Below are positions 55,157-63,498 of a DNA stretch of 64,000 nt, in pieces. Under the pieces are notes generated by a model. It was given only the letters and a program-made list of their open reading frames with translations, was not told where the DNA came from and ran no database searches. How positions within the stretch are numbered: the first letter of the stretch is position 1; every line of letters begins with the position of its first letter. The stretch spans positions 49,283-113,282 of the forward strand of contig JAXEUM010000084.1 in assembly GCA_034114925.1 (NCBI GenBank), in the 5' to 3' direction. The DNA is from Oliverpabstia sp. (GTDB lineage: Bacteria; Bacillota; Clostridia; Lachnospirales; Lachnospiraceae). The translations under genes and the position numbers were made by a program.

Positions 55157-55724
55157 CCTCCTTTCTCAGAAAAGGAATCAGGGCAGTCAGGACGCCGATG
55201 ACCAGACAGGAGAGAATGATAACCATAGCGCTCACATGGAAAAATACCACCAGGATAAAGCAGATCCCCATCATGGAAAGATAAAATTTATTGTTGAGGC
55301 GGATAATATTTCCTGCCAGATTCAGCGTTACATCCAGAATAACAGCAGCAACACCTGCCCGAGTGACCTGAAGAGCCAGGGCAACTACTTCGTTTGTACG
55401 AAATTGTTCGTAACAAAGACTGATCAGAGAGATAATGATCATTGGCGGAAGAATAGTGCCAAAGACAGCAGCCAGGGAACCGGGTATACCTGCCATACGA
55501 TATCCGATGATCACGGAAGCATTTACAGGAAGGGGACCGGGAGAAGACTGGGTGATGGCTGTGATATCTAACATCTCATCTTCGTCCAGCCACTTTTTTT
55601 CGTCTACGAATTTTTTCTTCATCAGAGAAACGATTACGAATCCCCCTCCGAAAGTACAGGAACTTAATAAAAACATAGAATAAAATAATTGCCATAAAAT
55701 TTTTGGATTTGTTTTCTTTTGCAT
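55149..55724 (-). CDS. chrA: Chromate transporter family protein (half-size ChrA, N-terminal-type)
   Basis: FLLSSCTFGGGFVIVSLMKKKFVDEKKWLDEDEMLD..AITQSSPGPLPVNA. Confidence 0.85.
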   Translation of the reverse strand: MQKKTNPKILWQLFYSMFLLSSCTFGGGFVIVSLMKKKFVDEKKWLDEDEMLDITAITQSSPGPLPVNASVIIGYRMAGIPGSLAAVFGTILPPMIIISLISLCYEQFRTNEVVALALQVTRAGVAAVILDVTLNLAGNIIRLNNKFYLSMMGICFILVVFFHVSAMVIILSCLVIGVLTALIPFLRKEGA

Positions 55725-55811
55725 GAGCTACCTCCTTTGTTCTGGAGATAGAATACTACAAATCCAATGATAATAAAAATACATAAAAATTATCAAAATG
55801 ATAAATAATAA

Positions 55812-56474
55812 TTATCGGTTATTTTTCATGGCTTTATATCCGATTAAAACAGTCCATACGTAGGCACAGGTTTTGGGAATCATAAGCATTCCAATCATAG
55901 GAATCGTATCTGCCCAGAGTACGACAGGGATGTAGAAACCAAAACTTAATACGATGGTAAGCCACATATACTTAAATTCATTATCATTGTGTTTTTTTAC
56001 ACTCTTATAAAAGAGTATGATAATCAGAAGACCTAAAAGTGCAAAAGGAATATTGCGATAGATTCCCCAGGAAAGAGGAGCAGAAGCGCTCAGCCATTTA
56101 TTTTGAGGGAACAGACAAAGAATAATTCTCAGCGCTGACAGAACATAAACAGCGATGGTGATATTTTTCTTTCCCTGGACTTTGTAACGAATCCGCCATA
56201 CATAGTAAAGGATAATGTAAAAAATAGTCATGGTGATAGAGGTAATAAATTTTCCCATACCCAATGGAACTACATAATTTTCCAAACCGGTGGTGCAAAG
56301 CGCCAAAGCTCTGGGAACCAGATGGAAAGAATCACCGGCGCCAAGTACAACAGCCATGATACCAAATAGACGATGCTCCTTGTTTCCGTTACTTTTCAGA
56401 ATCATCAGAATACCTATCGTGATAACGGAAATCAGATAAACCACATCAAATGAAGTTTCAATAATTGCTCTCAT
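55812..56474 (-). CDS. 7-TM integral membrane protein of unknown family
   Basis: 220 aa, about 7 hydrophobic helices. No motif I recognise. Lies downstream of the TetR gene with a TetR-type operator in between. Confidence 0.55.
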   Translation of the reverse strand: MRAIIETSFDVVYLISVITIGILMILKSNGNKEHRLFGIMAVVLGAGDSFHLVPRALALCTTGLENYVVPLGMGKFITSITMTIFYIILYYVWRIRYKVQGKKNITIAVYVLSALRIILCLFPQNKWLSASAPLSWGIYRNIPFALLGLLIIILFYKSVKKHNDNEFKYMWLTIVLSFGFYIPVVLWADTIPMIGMLMIPKTCAYVWTVLIGYKAMKNNR

Positions 56475-56533
56475 AAAAAATCCTCACTTTCATTAAAAAA
56501 ATTTTATCAAATTCAGATGGAATCCATCTAATT

Positions 56534-56548
56534 TTGAACAATGTTCAA
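56534..56548. promoter_or_regulatory. Palindromic operator TTGAACAATGTTCAA upstream of the 7-TM gene
   Basis: Perfect palindrome; the same 13-bp core appears at 57148-57160. Confidence 0.6.
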
Positions 56549-56566
56549 TTTTGCCGAAAAAAACCA

Positions 56567-57127
56567 TCAAAGATAGATGGTTCGGCGAATCATTCCGATA
56601 ATACCGGAACAATCATAATCATGCCGCATCATTGCAGCAATAATCAGAGAAAATATAATTTCTACAAATTTTAAAGGAGTGAACTCCTCATCAAAAACTT
56701 CTCTGCGAACTTTAGAATCGCACATTAATATCTGATATAAATTCTCAGAAATATGACGCCAGGATTCAGACATAAGCTGTTGACCATTTCCCTTATCTTC
56801 GTTTACAAAAATCATGGAGTGGAAAGAAAAAAATCCAGGATAGATTTCTTCGCCTTTTTTCAGACTGGCAAAAATCCATTCCACACACTCGATAAAATCC
56901 TTAAAAGCAGAAGGAGATTCGGGAAAGTGAAAAATATCATGCCATATACTTTCTACTGTAGCTGCAATAAGATCCGATTTGTTCTGAAAATAATTATAGA
57001 TAGAGCCTACAGAAATATTACATTCCGTTGCCACTGTTCGGATATTCAGCGCTGCCCATCCCTGTTTTTGAAGTAACGTCCGGCTGGCGCTCAAAATTTC
57101 TTTTTTTGAAGTAACTGTAGTATTCAT
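56567..57127 (-). CDS. TetR/AcrR-family transcriptional regulator
   Basis: KKEILSASRTLLQKQGWAALNIRTVATECNISVGSIYNYFQNKSDLI HTH. Start moved to ATG 57127 (SD GGAGGAG). Confidence 0.9.
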   Translation of the reverse strand: MNTTVTSKKEILSASRTLLQKQGWAALNIRTVATECNISVGSIYNYFQNKSDLIAATVESIWHDIFHFPESPSAFKDFIECVEWIFASLKKGEEIYPGFFSFHSMIFVNEDKGNGQQLMSESWRHISENLYQILMCDSKVRREVFDEEFTPLKFVEIIFSLIIAAMMRHDYDCSGIIGMIRRTIYL

Positions 57128-57147
57128 AGATATCTCCTCCACATAAC

Positions 57148-57160
57148 TGAACAATGTTCA
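57148..57160. promoter_or_regulatory. Palindromic operator TGAACAATGTTCA abutting the -10 box of the tetR promoter
   Basis: Same core as 56536-56546. On the - strand it reads TATAATGAACATTGTTCA. Confidence 0.65.
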
Positions 57161-57187
57161 TTATACGGTTTTATTTATATTTGTCAA
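57160..57187 (-). promoter_or_regulatory. Sigma-A promoter of the tetR / 7-TM operon
   Basis: On the - strand: TTGACA (57187-57182), 16 nt, TATAAT (57165-57160). Confidence 0.65.
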
Positions 57188-57346
57188 GAGCTTTTCAGTA
57201 TTTTGTGATAACAAAAGTAGCAGTGAACTGTTCCAATAAAATAGATTTGTTGTGAAATTTGAGATATAATGAAAGCATCTTAAAATCTCTGCCCTAAGGA
57301 ATGGGATAATGTTTATGTCAGATGCGAAAAGTATGAAAGGGAGGAA

Positions 57347-58186
57347 ATGAAAATGGCTTTTATTCAGGTGAATTTATTGTCAAAATCTTTGATGCGTACA
57401 GTGCCGGTCAATGTGATTTTACCGGTGGATAAAATGGCGATGCCAGGAATGATTCCGAGAGAGGAAAAACCGTATAAAACATTATATTTGCTGCATGGTA
57501 TTTTTGGAAATTATACGGATTGGGTGAATGGGACAAGAATTGCCCGGTATGCGGAAGAAAATGATCTGGCAGTAGTCATGCCTTCCGGTGATAATGGATT
57601 TTATGTAGATCAGCCGGCAGGTCACAATTACTATGGTGAATTTGTAGGGAAAGAACTGGTAGAACTGACAAGAAAAATGTTTCCCTTATCACATAAACGT
57701 GAAGATACATTTATAGGAGGCTTGTCCATGGGAGGGTATGGCGCAATACGCAATGGTCTGAAATATCATGAAACGTTTGGATATATCGTAGCATTGTCCA
57801 GCGCGCTGCATATAGATACTTTTCCCCAGAGAACTAATGATGCTCCATCTTTTATAGAACGAAGAGATTATGCAGAAGCCTGTTTTGGAAATCTGGATAA
57901 GCTGCTTGAAAGCGACATGAATCCGGAATATCTTTTGAAAACAGGGAAAGATGCGGGAGTAGAGTTTCCCCATATTTTTATGGCATGTGGTGATAAGGAC
58001 AGTCTTCTTCCGTGTAACAGGAAATTTGCACAATTTGCCAGAGAACAGGGTGTAGATGTGACCTTTGAAGTGGCGCCGGGAAATCATGAATGGGATTTTT
58101 GGGATACCTATGTGAAAAAGGGAATAGAATGGTTACCCACAGAAAAAAATGGATTGGGCATGAACAGTGGAAATGTGGGGATATAA
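57347..58186 (+). CDS. Esterase-D / putative-esterase family alpha/beta hydrolase
   Basis: YLLHG..G...DW, nucleophile elbow GLSMGGYGA, C-terminal HEWDFW. The start may be 57353. Confidence 0.8.
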   Translation: MKMAFIQVNLLSKSLMRTVPVNVILPVDKMAMPGMIPREEKPYKTLYLLHGIFGNYTDWVNGTRIARYAEENDLAVVMPSGDNGFYVDQPAGHNYYGEFVGKELVELTRKMFPLSHKREDTFIGGLSMGGYGAIRNGLKYHETFGYIVALSSALHIDTFPQRTNDAPSFIERRDYAEACFGNLDKLLESDMNPEYLLKTGKDAGVEFPHIFMACGDKDSLLPCNRKFAQFAREQGVDVTFEVAPGNHEWDFWDTYVKKGIEWLPTEKNGLGMNSGNVGI

Positions 58187-58232
58187 AACGGGCTAAACTG
58201 TTATTATTGTAATAGTTATTTATAAATTATAC

Positions 58233-58261
58233 TTGTATACAAGGGGCGAAGGAGTTATAAT
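58233..58261 (+). promoter_or_regulatory. Sigma-A promoter of the FMN riboswitch / ribU transcript
   Basis: TTGTAT (58233-58238), 17 nt, TATAAT (58256-58261). Confidence 0.6.
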
Positions 58262-58279
58262 AAATGCAACATAAAAGAA

Positions 58280-58465
58280 AATTCTTCGGGGCGGGGTGTG
58301 ATTCCCCACCGGCGGTATAGTCCGCGACCCATGGAAACATGGCTGAACCGGTGCGATTCCGGTACCGACAGTATAGTCTGGATGAGAGAAGAAAAACAGT
58401 AGATGAAGTGTATTTATTGTGGACTTTACCCGGAGGAATCAAGTATTCTTCCGGGTATTTTATTT
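58280..58465 (+). promoter_or_regulatory. FMN riboswitch (RFN element) with intrinsic terminator
   Basis: TTCTTCGGGGCGGGGTGTGATTCCCCACCGGCGGTATAGTCCGCGACCC ... GGTGCGATTCCGGTACCGACAGTATAGTCTGGATGAGAGAAGAA matches the conserved RFN core. The terminator is ACCCGGAGGAAT caagt ATTCTTCCGGGT followed by ATTTTATTT (58428-58465). Confidence 0.9.
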
Positions 58466-58536
58466 CATAAGAAATAATTTCTCATGAAATAAAAAATCTT
58501 CCGGGAATTTCCTTTTAGAAAAAGGAGGAAAAAAAT

Positions 58537-59181
58537 ATGAGTGTAACAACAAATGCAGTAAAGAAAACAGGAGTGAGAAGAACTACAAACGTGCGAATGC
58601 TGGCTCAGATTGCCATGCTGTCGGCAGTTGCGGCGGTGTTGATGCTGGTGGAAGTCCCTCTGCCATTTCTGGCGCCCACATTTTATCAGTTAGATCTTAG
58701 CGAACTTCCGGTTTTGATTGGAGCATTTGCTCTGGGACCTTTGGCCGGAATGATGATTGAGATGATCAAAATTTTGTTGAATTTCGTCTTGAATGGAACA
58801 TTGACAGCCGGAGTAGGAGAATTGGCGAACTTCCTTATAGGGTGCGCTCTGGTAGTTCCGGCAGGATATATCTACAGAAGAGGGAAAACGAAAAAAAGCG
58901 CGCTGATCGGAATGGGTGTGGGAACTGTCTGTATGGCGTTGGCAGGAGGAATTTTAAATGCATTTTTACTTTTGCCTGCTTATGGAAAGGCCTTTGGAAT
59001 GCCAGTGGATGCTTTCGTAGAGATGGGTTCTGCTATTTTCCCGGTGATAGACAATCTGTTTACGTTTTGTCTGTTTTCTGTTGTTCCTTTTAACATGGTT
59101 AAGGGCATTTTGGTATCTGTGATTACCATGTTTCTCTATAAACATATCAGCAGATTACTGAAAGGAAATCAGATGGGATAA
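58537..59181 (+). CDS. ribU: ECF-transporter S component for riboflavin
   Basis: Approximately 6-TM ECF S-component (MLAQIAMLSAVAAVLMLVEVPLPF...). Directly controlled by the FMN riboswitch. Confidence 0.85.
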   Translation: MSVTTNAVKKTGVRRTTNVRMLAQIAMLSAVAAVLMLVEVPLPFLAPTFYQLDLSELPVLIGAFALGPLAGMMIEMIKILLNFVLNGTLTAGVGELANFLIGCALVVPAGYIYRRGKTKKSALIGMGVGTVCMALAGGILNAFLLLPAYGKAFGMPVDAFVEMGSAIFPVIDNLFTFCLFSVVPFNMVKGILVSVITMFLYKHISRLLKGNQMG

Positions 59182-59199
59182 GGAAAAAGGAGGAGAGTT

Positions 59200-59805
59200 A
59201 TGGGAGAGATTAAAAAAATTACGCAGGTGACAAAAAATCCATTTCTGAATTTTTATGAATTGGATACGGTAAATAAAGTGGGAAGACCGGGACATTATTA
59301 TGTGGCTTCCCGGGCAAAAACGGTGGATGATCTGAAGATAACGACAGGAAAAAATACGCCGGACGGAGTAGTAATTTATAGTTTGTATGGAGAAAATCAT
59401 GACCGGGTAGTGTTGATCCGGCAGTATCGTTATCCGTTAGGCGGATATGTATATGAACTTCCGGCAGGATTGGTGGACTCGGGAGAAAATTATCATTCAG
59501 CAGCAGTTCGGGAAATGAAAGAAGAGACTGGATTGCTGTTGGAACCTCTTACTGTGGATGAAATCTATCAAAAACCATATTTTACTACAATCGGTATGAC
59601 GGATGAATCCTGTGGTACTGTGTACGGGTATGCATCCGGTGAAATCAGTGAAAAATACCAGGAAGCAGGGGAAGAGATTCAGGTGGTACTGGCAGACAGA
59701 GAAGAAGTAAAAAGAATTTTGAAGGAAGAGAATGTGGCATTGATCTGTGCTTATATGATGATGCATTTTCTTCATGATGAGGAACCTTTTGGATTTCTAA
59801 GATAA
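59200..59805 (+). CDS. NUDIX hydrolase (ADP-ribose pyrophosphatase-like)
   Basis: Nudix box: PAGLVDSGENYHSAAVREMKEETGL. Confidence 0.85.
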   Translation: MGEIKKITQVTKNPFLNFYELDTVNKVGRPGHYYVASRAKTVDDLKITTGKNTPDGVVIYSLYGENHDRVVLIRQYRYPLGGYVYELPAGLVDSGENYHSAAVREMKEETGLLLEPLTVDEIYQKPYFTTIGMTDESCGTVYGYASGEISEKYQEAGEEIQVVLADREEVKRILKEENVALICAYMMMHFLHDEEPFGFLR

Positions 59806-59855
59806 GAGAGTAGGAGTTGCAGAGGTATTGCTATGATAGAATACATAGTAAAATA

Positions 59856-59884
59856 TTGACTTTTACAAAATTGCGTAACATAAT
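59856..59884 (+). promoter_or_regulatory. Promoter-like element in the AT-rich cas upstream region
   Basis: TTGACT, 17 nt, CATAAT. No obvious downstream ORF before the next promoter. Confidence 0.35.
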
Positions 59885-60049
59885 GATAATCATAAATAAC
59901 AACGTTGGACGTATTTAAATATATTTAATGAAATAAAATGGATGATAAATAGGAACATGTGATGTAATTATAAAATAGATTAGCGATAGAGTAAAAGTCT
60001 ATTTGGCTTGTGCTAAAAAATATTATCAATATTAAATGATATAAAAGTA

Positions 60050-60078
60050 TTGACAGATATAGATAAAAGAAGTATCAT
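60050..60078 (+). promoter_or_regulatory. Sigma-A promoter of the cas operon
   Basis: TTGACA (60050-60055), 17 nt, TATCAT (60073-60078), 37 nt before the cas6 ATG. Confidence 0.6.
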
Positions 60079-60115
60079 AAAATCAAGAAATCGGAATTAA
60101 AAAAGGAGGACGAAG

Positions 60116-60811
60116 ATGACAGTATTTGAAATAAGGATGAAGATTTTTCTGATTAGAGATATTCCTCTTAATCGAGTGCAAACGAAAATCACTTCTTTTT
60201 TGGACAGAGGATTTTTAGAGAATGAGGAACTAGCCAGATTCCATAAAGAAAATACATATAAAGGGTATAGTATGTCTCTTTTTTATCCGTTGGAAAAAGA
60301 TCGGATATATAAGAAAGATAAAATCTATGCTATAACAATTCGGACAATTGATCGGAAACTTGCACATTATTTTAGTGAGGTTTGCGTGAATACATATACA
60401 GAAGATATGAAAGGATTGACAGCAGAAATTCGAATTATTCCCAAGAAGCCAATAGAGTGTTTGTATACCATAACCACTGCAGTTCTGAAAGATGAGTCAC
60501 GCGGATATTGGAGAAATTATATGAATTTATCAGAATATGGAGAACGGCTCAAGGTGAATCTGATAAAAAAATGGAATTATTTTGAAAATGAAAAATTGGA
60601 TGAAGACTTTCCTCTTTATACCATGATTGAATTTTCAAATAAAGTACCTATTGCAGTAGAATATAAAAATATTAAACTTCTTGGAGATAAGTTCTGTATT
60701 CATATTTCAGATCATCCGACTGCGCAAAAATTAGCGCATATGGCTATCGCAACAGGAATGTTAGAAATGAATTCAAGAGGATCGGGATACGTGAATTATA
60801 GATGGCTATAG
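60116..60811 (+). CDS. cas6: CRISPR endoribonuclease Cas6 (type I-B context)
   Basis: 231 aa, first gene of the cassette, two RAMP-like halves and a C-terminal glycine-rich loop (GMLEMNSRGSGYVNY). Confidence 0.8.
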   Translation: MTVFEIRMKIFLIRDIPLNRVQTKITSFLDRGFLENEELARFHKENTYKGYSMSLFYPLEKDRIYKKDKIYAITIRTIDRKLAHYFSEVCVNTYTEDMKGLTAEIRIIPKKPIECLYTITTAVLKDESRGYWRNYMNLSEYGERLKVNLIKKWNYFENEKLDEDFPLYTMIEFSNKVPIAVEYKNIKLLGDKFCIHISDHPTAQKLAHMAIATGMLEMNSRGSGYVNYRWL

Positions 60812-60823
60812 AGAGGAGAGCCT

Positions 60824-62557
60824 ATGCTAAAAGAATGTTTGGAAGTTTTTGAGGAAATTTTAAAGAAAGAAGAAAATTTAATTTTAGATTCTTATATACC
60901 TGCTGATGGCACCTATATTTTTGTAGATGCGCAGGGGAAAATGAAAGAGCCTATAGAGATTGAATTAAACAAGAAAACACGAGAAATTGTGAGCAGTAAT
61001 TCTGAATTGAGTGAAGTTTGTTTTTATGATTATCACAGTCAGTTGGTTTCAATGAATAAGCCGGTGGATGCAAAAAAAATTATCCATTCTAATAATTATT
61101 ATTCCTTTTTTGTGAAAAAAGAAAGCGTTGTCACAAAAAAGTTAACCGAAACAATCATAGATGGATATTACGAGATGTTGAAAAACCCTTTGGAGCAGAA
61201 GTATAAAAAATCTAAAGAAGCCAGTAAATTATATGAGGTTTTTGAAGAATCAGCAGGAAGCGTTCCATTGGATGAACTTGAAAAGAATAAAGAGTGGATT
61301 AAAAGCCATATTTTTAATTTGGAAAATGTAGATTTTAACAAAAAGAATTATTTAAAGATATTCTTTGAAACAGAGCATGACAATATTATTCGTGAAGAAA
61401 GAAGATATCTTCTTCCAAATATATATAATAATAATGATTATAATGTAGAAATAGAAGGAACAATCCATGGTCTTCCTGATAATAATATGGGGATGAATGC
61501 AAAAAAACCATATCTTGAAACAAAGACCAGAAAAATTGCAGTACCTTATTTGTTAGATAGTGCTGATGTTATGATACAGAGAGAGTTTTTTAATTACCTG
61601 ATGAATTTGGCCTGTGCAGGGAAATGTGATGTGTATATTGATACTGTGAAAAAAAGAATTTGGGGATATAGACAAGAAGAAACTCCACAGGATGTAATAG
61701 CTGGGTATTATTTGAGAATAAAAAAAGGAAAGGAATTAGAAATACAAAATCAAGATAATATTGCGGGCTTTTCTCAAAATTTGACTCCTCCTTTTGATTT
61801 TAAGAATATTTGTGATTTTCAACATCCCAAACATCCAGAACATTTGGAAAAATATAAAAGATATTATACACATGAAGAGGTAGGAAAATTAATTCATGAA
61901 GTCTTTTTTTCAAAATATCTGGAGAGTAATTATGCTGTACAAGCAAATGAAATCAATATTACAGACACAATAATAAAGAATAGTATTCTTATATCCAGAG
62001 ATGTGATACAGGCATGGGTACGCAGGGGAGCCGATTATGGATTCTTCAAAATCCTGGAAAAAGTATCGTTAAATTTAATGAAATCTGCTGTTTTAAATGG
62101 ATATCAAGAGAGAGCTTTATGGCAATTAAATCTACGTTGGTCATTTGAAAATTATTTTTTAAAAGGAGATGAAAATATGGGAACGAATAAACAAGAACTT
62201 GTAGAGGCTATAAAGAGAAAAATTTATACAGAAACAGAAATATTTCTTGAAAATGATGAGGAGTATTATTATATTGTGGGGCAAATGGCAGCTTATCTGT
62301 TTTCACAGAGTAAGGCAAAAAACAAAAATCAGTCATTAATAAATCCATTTTTAAATGCAAAAAAAGATGAGGTTATTAAATTGAAACTCGCACAGTTATA
62401 CAAAAAATATAATTATGCAATTCCGCTTAATATGAAAAGAGTAAGACGTATAATGGCATTAATTGAAGGATATATTCCAGATGGTACAGTAAATCAAGAA
62501 ATGATAATTTTTGGATTTGCAAATAATAATCTTATTTATACAAAGGAGGAGAAGTAG
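60824..62557 (+). CDS. cas8b: Type I-B large subunit Cas8b (Cst1/Csh1-like)
   Basis: 577-aa K/N/E-rich protein lying between cas6 and cas7 in the canonical I-B order. The family assignment is by position and size, not by motifs. Confidence 0.7.
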   Translation: MLKECLEVFEEILKKEENLILDSYIPADGTYIFVDAQGKMKEPIEIELNKKTREIVSSNSELSEVCFYDYHSQLVSMNKPVDAKKIIHSNNYYSFFVKKESVVTKKLTETIIDGYYEMLKNPLEQKYKKSKEASKLYEVFEESAGSVPLDELEKNKEWIKSHIFNLENVDFNKKNYLKIFFETEHDNIIREERRYLLPNIYNNNDYNVEIEGTIHGLPDNNMGMNAKKPYLETKTRKIAVPYLLDSADVMIQREFFNYLMNLACAGKCDVYIDTVKKRIWGYRQEETPQDVIAGYYLRIKKGKELEIQNQDNIAGFSQNLTPPFDFKNICDFQHPKHPEHLEKYKRYYTHEEVGKLIHEVFFSKYLESNYAVQANEINITDTIIKNSILISRDVIQAWVRRGADYGFFKILEKVSLNLMKSAVLNGYQERALWQLNLRWSFENYFLKGDENMGTNKQELVEAIKRKIYTETEIFLENDEEYYYIVGQMAAYLFSQSKAKNKNQSLINPFLNAKKDEVIKLKLAQLYKKYNYAIPLNMKRVRRIMALIEGYIPDGTVNQEMIIFGFANNNLIYTKEEK

Positions 62558-62559
62558 TT

Positions 62560-63495
62560 ATGAATAAAAGAGTGTATGGGGTAATAGGAATTTCATCTAT
62601 TATGGCAAATTGGAATGCTGATTTTTCTGGTTTTCCCAAAACAACAAGTGATGGAGAAACTTTTGGCAGTGATAAGGCATTAAAATTCCCAATGAAAAAG
62701 ATGTGGGACAATGAAGGAAAGAAAGTCCTTTATATTAAGTCTATGAAACTTACGGAGCCAGATAAAAAGGGGGAAGTATCATTAATTCCAAGAACATTAA
62801 AAGAGCGTTATGAATTTTTATATGGAAAAAATGAGTCCAAAGATGTGACAGTTCTTTTAAAGAATTTGATGAATTGTGTGGATGTGAAAAATTTTGGGGC
62901 AACATTTGCAGAAACGGGAAGTAACATATCTATTACAGGTGCAGTGCAAATTGGACAAGGATTTAATAAATATGAGGGGACAAATCCAGAGGAACAACAA
63001 ATTTTATCACCTTTCAGAGATGATAGTTCTAAAAAAAATGATGGAGAAGCGAAAAATTCCACATTAGGAACCAAGATTGTAAGTAATGAAGCGCATTATT
63101 TTTATCCTTTTGTAATAAATCCCATGGCCTATAAAGAACTTATAGAATTAGGAGTAACAGATGGCTATACAGAGGAAGATTACCAGAATTTTAGACGTAC
63201 TGCGCTGGTATCTACAACATCCTTTGCAACAAATTCAAAGGTAGGATGTGAAAATGAATTTGCGTTATTTGTGGAAACAAAGGCTACTACATATTTGCCA
63301 AACTTGTCAGAGTATATTCAATTTAAAAAAGATAATGATAAAAATATTATAGAAATACAATGTGGTACGTTATTGGAAGAGTTAGAAGAAAATATTGAGA
63401 AAATAGATGTTTATTATAATCCACATACAACCATTTTAAAAGGGATATCTGGGAATATGAGAAGGTATGATATCCGGACACAAAAAGAGGTGTAA
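62560..63495 (+). CDS. cas7: Cas7 backbone subunit (Csh2/Cst2-like, type I-B)
   Basis: N-terminal YGVIGISSIMANWNADFSG.PK motif, typical of Cas7 from I-B/I-C. 311 aa. Confidence 0.8.
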   Translation: MNKRVYGVIGISSIMANWNADFSGFPKTTSDGETFGSDKALKFPMKKMWDNEGKKVLYIKSMKLTEPDKKGEVSLIPRTLKERYEFLYGKNESKDVTVLLKNLMNCVDVKNFGATFAETGSNISITGAVQIGQGFNKYEGTNPEEQQILSPFRDDSSKKNDGEAKNSTLGTKIVSNEAHYFYPFVINPMAYKELIELGVTDGYTEEDYQNFRRTALVSTTSFATNSKVGCENEFALFVETKATTYLPNLSEYIQFKKDNDKNIIEIQCGTLLEELEENIEKIDVYYNPHTTILKGISGNMRRYDIRTQKEV

Positions 63496-63498
63496 TGG

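Noticed and set aside
58191-58220. An imperfect palindrome, GGCTAAACTGTTATTATTGTAATAGTTA, after the esterase gene. It resembles the MITE right end (GGCTGAACTGTTAC).
   Set aside because: Only 12/14 identity to one TIR, no partner TIR and no duplicated flanks. It could be a relic or a weak AT-rich terminator, so I did not call it.
59806-60115. A possible CRISPR array or leader upstream of cas6.
   Set aside because: I found no unit of 28-37 bp repeated at regular spacing here or anywhere else in the window. There is only AT-rich DNA with promoter-like hexamers.
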